Shown: piece after piece, positions 30,600-39,500 of the stretch
How positions within the stretch are numbered: position 1 is the stretch's first letter
How the letters are laid out: each line of letters begins with the position of its first letter
IMG/VR virus record: IMGVR_UViG_3300037067_004891
Span: 160,001-224,000 of that record
Length of the DNA: 64,000 bases
DNA from: a virus
Taxonomy: Duplodnaviria; Caudoviricetes
Direction: 5' to 3' (one strand)
Made by a program: the position numbers and the translations under genes
Notes under the pieces: model-generated
The model's database searches: none
What the model saw: only the letters and a program-made list of their open reading frames with translations
What the model was told of the DNA's origin: nothing

Positions 30600-30744
30600 A
30601 TGGATGATACTTTTGATATAATAAAAAAGATACAGGAAGCCAGAAGCCCGAAATATTTTTTATGGCAAATAATTAAAGATATTGAGTGGGTTGATTCTAA
30701 GTATATTTCTAAATATTTATACAAAAAATGAGGGTTGACACAAC
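30600..30744 (+). pseudogene. internally deleted 4th copy of array-fused cassette
   Basis: MDDTFDIIKKIQEARSPKYFLWQIIKDIEW (43 aa, stop 30729-30731) joined to the 3' part of repeat A (30721-30744). Confidence 0.8.
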
Positions 30745-31009
30745 TATTGGATTTTATTCTCCATACTTATTATAAACCAGAAACTGGTGAATTAATCGTA
30801 CCAGAAAAATGGAAGAATTTTTCGGTAATAGACCCAAACAAATTACCTGCTGCCACACCAAGAGAACTTCTAAAAAAGAAACTGGAACAATTTCTTACAA
30901 GAGATGAATGGAATCAATTGGATATTTATTAAAAAATATAATTAAATAATATTAAATTAATATTTGTCTAATTCAAAAATTATGTTTTACTTTACACAAA
31001 AATAATGAT

Positions 31010-32281
31010 ATGATAGTAACATCATCAATGAAAATAAAAATAATACCAGTGGATGTAATATCCAAAAAGTGGATATTTGATATTTTTAATGTATCTTATA
31101 AGATTCAGAATCGGGCTTATGATATATCACGGATGTTACATCAATATCCAGTAATAATGTTACCTGTTACACCACCCAAATCACAAGTATATAATTTAAC
31201 TACTCAGGAATTTCCTAAAGTTATTACTACTTATCTGAGAGATTGGGTATATCAAGCAGAAAACAATTATAAAAGTGATGTTAAAGCTGGTTTATTATCA
31301 GGTAAAAGAAGTCCAAGACTGTATAAGAAATATGGTGCTACACGTTTTCAATTTTTGAAAAAATCTAATCCAAAATTAATAAAAGAAAATGGTGATTTTT
31401 TTATTCTTATTAACAGTAGAACAAATATCAAATTTAAAATACTATTCGACAAAAAAACAGGACATCTTAAAACTATGTTAAATAGATTTTTGGATTTAGA
31501 AAATAAAAAATACAATCTTAACTCAACTTTTTATATTAAAAAAACCAATAGAAACGAACTGATGTTAATCATATCCTATGAACAAGACATCCAAGGTTAT
31601 GTTGGCATAAATAATAGAGTGATGGGTATTGATATGGGTGTGAGAAGATTTATTTCTTTAAGAATAAATGACATACCAAGATATCAGAAGTCTATTCATA
31701 GTGAGAAATTAGTTCAACAGAAGTATGGTATTGCTATGAAAAATAAAAGGGTACAGGAATCTTCTGTATTAGCTAAATCAGGTCATGGTAGAACAAGAAA
31801 AATGCAGGTTTATAATAAAGTAAAAGATTCTGAAACATCATTTACTAATAATGTACTGGATAAATTATCAAAAGAAGTAATTGAATCTGCTGCAAAACGA
31901 AAAGTTCAACAGATAAACATGGAACGTCTTGATAAGAATTCTATGAAAGAACAAAATTCTTATCTTGGAAGATATTGGAGTGTTATGACTTTGATGAATC
32001 TAATTGAACAAAAAGCAACTAAACGTGGTATCATTGTTAAATATGTCGACCCTTATCATACAAGTCAGACTTGTTCATGCTGTGGTATGATTGGTGAAAG
32101 AAATGGTGCTGATTTTAAATGTATTAATGCTAAATGTGAAGAATTTAATAAAGATAAAGTAATTGATAGCGATTATAATGCTGCAATGAATATAGCTACA
32201 TCTGTTGATTATTTAGATGATGCAAGCAAAGGAAAATATTACTTAAATAAAACCAAAAAGGTTTTAGAAGAAGTTCTTTGA
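31010..32281 (+). CDS. cas12f: compact type V CRISPR effector, Cas12f-like (423 aa)
   Basis: RuvC motifs GIDMG, MERL, DSDYNAAMNIA; GHGR motif; TSQTCSCCG zinc finger; adjacent array. Confidence 0.8.
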   Translation: MIVTSSMKIKIIPVDVISKKWIFDIFNVSYKIQNRAYDISRMLHQYPVIMLPVTPPKSQVYNLTTQEFPKVITTYLRDWVYQAENNYKSDVKAGLLSGKRSPRLYKKYGATRFQFLKKSNPKLIKENGDFFILINSRTNIKFKILFDKKTGHLKTMLNRFLDLENKKYNLNSTFYIKKTNRNELMLIISYEQDIQGYVGINNRVMGIDMGVRRFISLRINDIPRYQKSIHSEKLVQQKYGIAMKNKRVQESSVLAKSGHGRTRKMQVYNKVKDSETSFTNNVLDKLSKEVIESAAKRKVQQINMERLDKNSMKEQNSYLGRYWSVMTLMNLIEQKATKRGIIVKYVDPYHTSQTCSCCGMIGERNGADFKCINAKCEEFNKDKVIDSDYNAAMNIATSVDYLDDASKGKYYLNKTKKVLEEVL

Positions 32282-32498
32282 AATAATATTGAGGTTTATT
32301 GGGTTGGACGTAAGTCCAGTAAATGAACTGCTATATACACTCACTAAAATGTATGGTGAGCGCAGGGATTAAAACCAGATAGTGAGGTCAGGAAATCAAA
32401 AATTGGATTTTTTAGAGTTAAATTTAAAAGATTACATATTTTTTTTCCACTAATACACTCACTAAATACCTTTATTTCAGTGGTTTAAAATGGGATAA
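32282..32498 (+). ncRNA. putative tracrRNA/scaffold RNA
   Basis: TTGGAC-GTAA-GTCCAG GNRA hairpin (32304-32319), CTCACT/GGTGAG stem, partial anti-repeat at 32466-32488. Confidence 0.55.
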
Positions 32499-32864
32499 GA
32501 TGGGTTAAACCACAAATTGAGAGGTATGCCCAGCTATACATCGCTTAACTTGGTAGTAAGAGCAAGATGGGTTAAACCACAAATTGAGAGGTATGCCCAG
32601 CTAAGGGACGAATACGATAAATCCACCTGTGATGGGTTAAACCACAAATTGAGAGGTATGCCCAGCTACCTTTTTTACATGCGTCAATTAAAGAAAGATG
32701 GGTTAAACCACAAATTGAGAGGTATGCCCAGCTTATAATTCATCATCATCATTTTTTAATTAGATGGGTTAAACCACAAATTGAGAGGTATGCCCAGCAG
32801 CCACAGTGAGGAATTTGTTTTTAACTATGATGGGTTAAACCACAAATTGAGAGGTATGCCCAGC
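32499..32864 (+). CRISPR. CRISPR array (repeat B): 6 repeats, 5 spacers
   Basis: GATGGGTTAAACCACAAATTGAGAGGTATGCCCAGC at 32499, 32566, 32631, 32697, 32763, 32829; spacers 31,29,30,30,30 nt; orientation inferred from the cas gene. Confidence 0.95.
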
Positions 32865-32896
32865 AAGTCACATGGACTTATAACACTAAGGAAAAT

Positions 32897-35834
32897 ATGC
32901 AAAAAACTCTTGGTCATTCAACCTCTATTAAAGAAAGTCAATGGTATGACAATGTACAGTTTCCATATTCTGAAAGTCGTTCATGGGGTCATATAAACGA
33001 ACCAAAAGATACCACTGTTGAAAGATTTGGTAAATATTGCAATTTTAATAAACACGCTGATAATGTTCGGGTACTGTATAATGAAGAAGAAATATTTAAT
33101 GATGTTTTAAAATAAAATAGATGGAAAAAATTTTAGGATATAAGTACAACAAAAATGTTTTTAAATCAGTCGTTATAGCTGATGTTGATGATAAGAAATG
33201 TGTATTATCTACCAACTTTAAAAAAGGTGATGCAGTTGTTAGATTTGTTGACAAACCCGCAAATAGTTATTGGATGCATGGTGTAGCATCGTCAGTATAT
33301 AATGATGGTTCATGTCTTATATACAAAGATGATGTGCCATGTGGCAATGCATATACTGAAATATGGTATAAAATAATCGCAATATTATCATAATATGAAG
33401 TTTAACAAAAACATAGCCGAAAAACATTTCAATAAGCTTTTAAAATAATATAAAAATAAAAGTGACAGAAGAACTAATCTTAAAATAATAACAATAATGA
33501 AATACGAAATCGATTATAACAACCAACAAAAACGTTTTTATTTATTTGAATACGTTGGTGATGAACCAGTAACATATGATTGTAAATCTGGTTACTGCTG
33601 GCGAGATTGTGTACCGTGTTCTTATTGTGAAGCGTCTATAAGAATTATCCCAGACCAAGCAAAATATGATGCATGGAAAGAAAAATATAAAAACCGTAAA
33701 AAAAATCCATGTTCAGCAAAAAATAATGAATATTTTACAAACCATCGTTTACAAACAAGAGATTTCACTGACAGTTATTTTGAAATTATAAACGGTGAAG
33801 CTGTACCATACATCCAGAAGAAAATTGAATTCGAATTTAAAGAATAAATATTATGCCATACATAGCTAAAGAAGACAGAGTGAAATTTGAAAAACCTGTA
33901 CAGAAATTTGCTGACAATATCGAAACTGATGGTGATTTGAATTATTGCATTTCATTACTGATGCATAAAGTCCTCAAAAAAAGAGGTGTTAAATATCAAA
34001 ACATGAATAACATCATGGGTGCTATCGATTGTGCAAAAACGGAATTTTACAGAACTGTCGCAAGTCCTTATGAAGATAAGAAAAAAGCCGAGAATGGAAA
34101 TGTAAGTGAATTGGATAAAATTGGATACAAAACGGATAAATATCGGTAATGTAGTATGGTCAGATGAACTTGATCTAAATACAGGAAATTACACTAAAAA
34201 AATTGTTGTAGTTGACCAATATATTCACAATTATATCTTAACTGGTAATTATCTAAACAAATATTCTGACATACCACTTACAGCTTCCATATTAATGTTT
34301 AACTTTGGTTTCGAACCATCTCATAATATAGGAAGTAGGCGTTTTTACAGTCTTGGAAATCTTGTTGTAGAAGAATGTCGTGGAAAGGATTTTCCATTAT
34401 ATTATCCAAAAGGTGAGTTACTATGTTTTGTCCATTCGGTAAGTCATTTGCAAAATTTATATCAATTTTTAAGTGATGGTGAATTAATATTTAAATTTTC
34501 TGAAAATTAAAATGTAAACATATGATAAAAACAGGTAAATTTAATCCGCTTGGCGATGAAATTCTTCAGATTGAAGAATCTGATATTAATTTCTGGAACA
34601 CAAAATGGGACGACTTAGAACTTGAACAGAAAGCTGATTTTGTTCTTTCATTAAAGCACCTTTTCTTGGTAAACAAAACGAAAAATCAGTAAAAGCAAGA
34701 TATGAATATTACCAATTAAAAAACACAATGAATTTATAATTTTAATTATGACTATAAAACACAAATGTGGTGATGAAATTGTAAGCAATTCTACCACCCG
34801 AAAAACAGAAAATCGTTCATCATATAGTGAACACGCTGAAATGCATTATGAAGGTGGTGGTTGGTTTCATTGGACTGAAATAACATATACTGTCAGTAAA
34901 AGTATAAAATGTGGCAAATCACATTTTTTAAAAGAAAGTGAATTATTATAACATATAAACACTTGTTATGACTGGATTGATGGGATTTAATGAGATTGAT
35001 AGAACTAAAATTGATTTTTGGGATTTCGAATGGAATAAACTAACTGGAAATCAAAAGGATTATTTTTGCGAATTAATTGGATTAAAATCCAGAGAACAGG
35101 AAGGCGAATTCCTCGCATTAATGGCTTTTCAAACACACAGAAAAAATTTGGGAATAATTAAAAAAATTATTTAATATGAATAGAATAGAAGCACTCGAAT
35201 CAGTTGTAAGTGGTAAGAAAATATTCCATAAATATTTTTCAGATTATGAATACCTCGAATTCAAAGACGGTAAATTATTAACTGAAGATGGATATGATTT
35301 TAAAAAAAGTTTTTATGAATTTGACCATTTCAAAGATGGCTGGGAAATATATAAGGATTTTAAACTTAAATATTGTGAGATATGCGTCCAAATGACTAAT
35401 CATTTTGATGGAGTGTGTCAGAAACATAATAAATAATAATTTTAATGATAACACCTATTACTGATATAGTATTGGTTAGAAAGTTGGAGCTGGAAACAAC
35501 TCCAATAAACAATTTTAGGATATTTGATGACGTTTTTGATTCCTACATGAGTGTTATATCATGGTATCATAACCGTAATGACATCGATGCAAATTCGTCC
35601 ATATACAAGAAATGGAATAAAATATCCGAATTACTGGGATTTAAACCCATTTATCATCCAACTTATCTATATAAAAATGGTTTGTGGGCTTTCTATTGGA
35701 ACGGTGACTCAGTATTATTATATTATGATAAAAGAGGAATGAAAATTCAAGTCGGACTTAAATTTAAGAAAAATGAGGTTGTACCGCTTTTAGAATATAT
35801 CAAAGGAATTTTAAATAAAAAATCCATCATATAG
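32897..35834 (+). other. cluster of small hypothetical ORFs (32897-33115, 33121-33393, 33497-33847, 33853-34149, 34106-34510, 34748-34951, 34968-35174, 35176-35436, 35445-35834)
   Basis: Tightly packed co-oriented ORFs typical of phage accessory regions. Confidence 0.65.
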
Positions 35835-35847
35835 AGGGATTTTTTTA
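35816..35847. terminator. probable bidirectional terminator
   Basis: AAAAAATCC...GGATTTTTT between convergent genes. Confidence 0.5.
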
Positions 35848-35858
35848 TGTTATCCGTT

Positions 35859-36518
35859 TTAACCAGACTCACGCTCCTTTTTTTCGTTAGAAATATGACT
35901 AACACCATATCTCTCTATCATAGTTCTTTTTTGTTTTTCTTTAAATTCTGGTAGACTCTGTGGGTATTTAGTACCATAAACTAATAAATTATGTTCATAC
36001 ATTTTATTCTTTATTTCATCAGAAAACATACAATGTTCAACACCATAAATTTTTAACATTGTTAGTTTAGATTTTTCTTTAACTTCTTCCAATTGGAAAA
36101 CATTATCTACATTATAATTTTCTTTAACAGTTTGCTTTACCTTTTCCTGATTCCAATTATTTTCTTGGCATATTTCACTACACTTATGACAACAATACAT
36201 CCTTGGTGTACCTCTATTAAATGAAACTAAATTATCACATTCAGGGTTTTTACATTTAGGATGACCATTTTGTTCAATATATTTCTTTTCTAACCACTCA
36301 TATCTATCATGTCCAATTGCATACCCTTTAAATCGAGTTCTTTGAAAATTTGGGCGTTCATTACAATACCCACATTCACATTTTGGTTCGACACCATTCA
36401 ACTCAGTTAAAATATAATAATCGGCTTTAGATAGACCATGTTTTTCTTTAACATGAATTGTTAAATTACCACCTTTATTGTTTTTAAATTCTTCACCACA
36501 TATTTCACACTTAACCAT
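35859..36518 (-). CDS. homing-endonuclease-associated zinc-finger protein, apparently lacking a nuclease domain
   Basis: CEICG, CECGYC, C.NPEC motifs and YGV/YNV repeats; ends abruptly. Confidence 0.6.
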   Translation of the reverse strand: MVKCEICGEEFKNNKGGNLTIHVKEKHGLSKADYYILTELNGVEPKCECGYCNERPNFQRTRFKGYAIGHDRYEWLEKKYIEQNGHPKCKNPECDNLVSFNRGTPRMYCCHKCSEICQENNWNQEKVKQTVKENYNVDNVFQLEEVKEKSKLTMLKIYGVEHCMFSDEIKNKMYEHNLLVYGTKYPQSLPEFKEKQKRTMIERYGVSHISNEKKERESG

Positions 36519-36525
36519 AAAATAA

Positions 36526-36562
36526 AAACTCTTTAGTATTATATATAAATACTAAAGAGTTT
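36526..36562 (-). promoter_or_regulatory. perfect 15-bp inverted repeat enclosing TATATA, base 8 nt upstream of ATG 36518
   Basis: AAACTCTTTAGTATT-ATATATA-AATACTAAAGAGTTT. Confidence 0.65.
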
Positions 36563-36590
36563 CCTTATTGAATATAACGTAACTACTTGA

Positions 36591-39500
36591 TTATGAACAC
36601 CTTGAACTTCCGCACGACATACATGTCATACACCCTTCTTTAAATTCAACATGTTCACTACCACATTCTTGACACACACCTTTTATTTTTTCACCATCTT
36701 TAATATATCGTTTAATAACTCTTTCAACACCAGCTTTCCAAGTGTTTAAATGAGCATCATTTAGGTTTAAAGAATTTATTAATTCATAAACATATATTAA
36801 AGGCATCGCATGTCGTAATAAACCACTCACCAATTTTGCATAGTTCCAAAATTCAGGGTTGAACGAATGATTTAATTCTAAATATGTTTTCTTTTCACCA
36901 TCGACATCAACATATTCCATATCATAACGAGAAATTTTCTTACCATCTTCACCATCTATTTTATTTTTAACAACCTCACATTCTTTAATAGTAGGTGAAA
37001 GAGAAGACAACCCGTTAACAAGACGACCAGTAAAGAGTTCGTATGGTCTACCATCTAATAAACCAACAACAGCAATCCACTTTTCAGAATCATTTTGGAA
37101 ACGGATAATATCAGCTTTTAAACGTTTAGGTCTTTTTGGTGCGTTGTGGTCTTTAAAAGCTTCAAGTTTTTCCTTTTCTTTTTGTTCTTTTTTAGAAACT
37201 AAAACACCTGACCGAGAACCGTCACGATAAACAGTCATCCCTTTACAACCACATCTCCAACCTGTTTCATATACTTTAGCCACAATTTCTTCAGTAACAT
37301 TATTTGGTAAATTAACGGTGACAGATATGGAATGGTCAACATGTTTTTGTAATCTTCCCTGCATTTCTACCTTTTCAAGCCAATCAACATCGTTAGCAGT
37401 CGCCTTAAAATAAGGTGATTCTTTAACGATTTCGTCCAATTGTTCTCTCTTCATATTTTTAACAGCGTCTATATCATAATTATTCACTCCAAGCCACATT
37501 TCAAATTTATGATGAAATACTGGGTACTCTTGCCATGATACACCTTCTTCGTCAATAAAGTCTACCCGAACATTTTTTTCTTGTGGATTAATTTTACGTC
37601 TACGCATATAAACTGGAAGAAAACATGGTTCAACACCCGATGTTGTTTGTGTCATTAAACTCACACTTCCAGTTGGAGCTATGGTTAATAAAGAAATATT
37701 CCTACGACCATATTTTACCATTTCATCATATAACAACAGGTCTTGTTCTTTTATCCTTAATATAAACGGGTTATTTATTTCACGTATAGAATCATATATT
37801 GGAAATGAACCTCTTTCATGTGCCATTATAACAGAAGAACGATATGCTTCTAATTTTAAAGTTTTTTGTATTTTTTCAGAAAATATAGTAGCTTCTTTTG
37901 TACCATATGTAAAATTAAGAGCTGCTAACATATCACCAAGACCTGTAATACCAAGACCTGTCCTACGTCCCATCTCAGCTTTTTTCTTAATTTCAACCCA
38001 AAGATTTTTTTCATAAATTTTTATAAATTCATCTTCTGGGTCATTATCTATTTTATTTAATATTTGGTCTATTTTTTCAAGTTCTAAATCAACAATGTCA
38101 TCCATCAATCTTTCAGCAAGAATTATATCTTTTTTAAATAAATCAAAATCAAAATATGCTTCTTTAGTAAATGGATTTTTTACATATCCAAAAAGATTTA
38201 AAGCTAATAAGCGACAACTATCCGATTTACAAAGTGTTATTTCTCCACAATTTCTCCCCAACACACTTACAGTTAACTGTTTACCACTTTTAGTTTTTTC
38301 TTGAAAACCCCCAAAATAAAAATTATGAACATCATCCACAGTACCATTATATACATCTTCATAACCATCTAATTCAACAGATATTACTTTATGATTATAT
38401 AATTCAGCTTCTTCTTTTAATTCATTAAAAGTATTAAAACCATGTTTAGTTTTTAATCTAAATGGGATATTTTGTATCTTACATTCATTTTCCCACTCTT
38501 TTAATAATGGTGTTCGTTCTAATTGAAATTGAAGTTTAGAGAATATTTTTATTTGTTTTTGTTTATTTTCATCTGATTTAATTTTAAAAATATCATTAAT
38601 AGTTTTAGTTCTTATAATATTTGCATCAGTTGTTCTATTCACATAAAGATTAGAACATGTGTTACTACAAAATGAATTTTCTCTTTGTTTATGTTCTACC
38701 CAAAATGGTTCACCACATTCTTCACAAATTTTCTCAACATAAACTTTATGATTTTCAATTTTTGTATTATAACCATTACTTAACATATTTTTATATGTTC
38801 TAACAAGTCGGGGGTCGTTATTTATAAATTCAATATTTAATTCTAATGCAGCCCACTTAGCCATAGATGTTATACCAGAATTAATTTCTTCCAATCTAAA
38901 TTTAGAAAAATACTTAGGTAATTTGTTTTCATTAGCATATTTACCCCAATCATCATTAGAAAACCTTCTTCCTAAAATTTTAGTTAATCTTAACGCATGG
39001 TCTTTTATATCATCTGATAATATATTACTATATTTGGAATTAGAAGAACCTTTATGTGATGCGAAATTAAACTTCCACTCATTTGACATTTTATGATAAG
39101 GATTTTTTTCACCAATCATATCAGTTTTGTGAAATTCGTCATGTTCATATTTGGTCATCATTAATAAATTATTAATATTGTTATTTAAACTATTATAATC
39201 TTTATGATGAATAACATTACCAGAATCGATTTTAATATTGTTTAGTTGTTCATATAAAAATCTATGTTCAGATACAGTAGATTTAAATTTGCCATTATTA
39301 ATCCATATATAATCACTACTTTTTGAGTTAGAATTTGGAAATAATTCTTCAAATGATGCAAACCATTTTGTTAAAATATTTAAACTATCACCACTTACTA
39401 AGTTCTTAGCTTCTTTAATATTTCCGTCTTTTAAAATAAATTTATGATTACCAGTTACTCTAACTGAATGACCACCTTGAATGTTAATTTTATATATTGG

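Noticed and set aside
32733-32762. Self-targeting by spacer 4 (AATTCATCATCATC also at 22608-22621)
   Set aside because: Only a 14-nt low-complexity match
32517-32996. ORF calls across the repeat B array (also 2702-2887, 20842-21030, 21055-21372, 48013-48219)
   Set aside because: They are translations of repeats and spacers, not plausible genes
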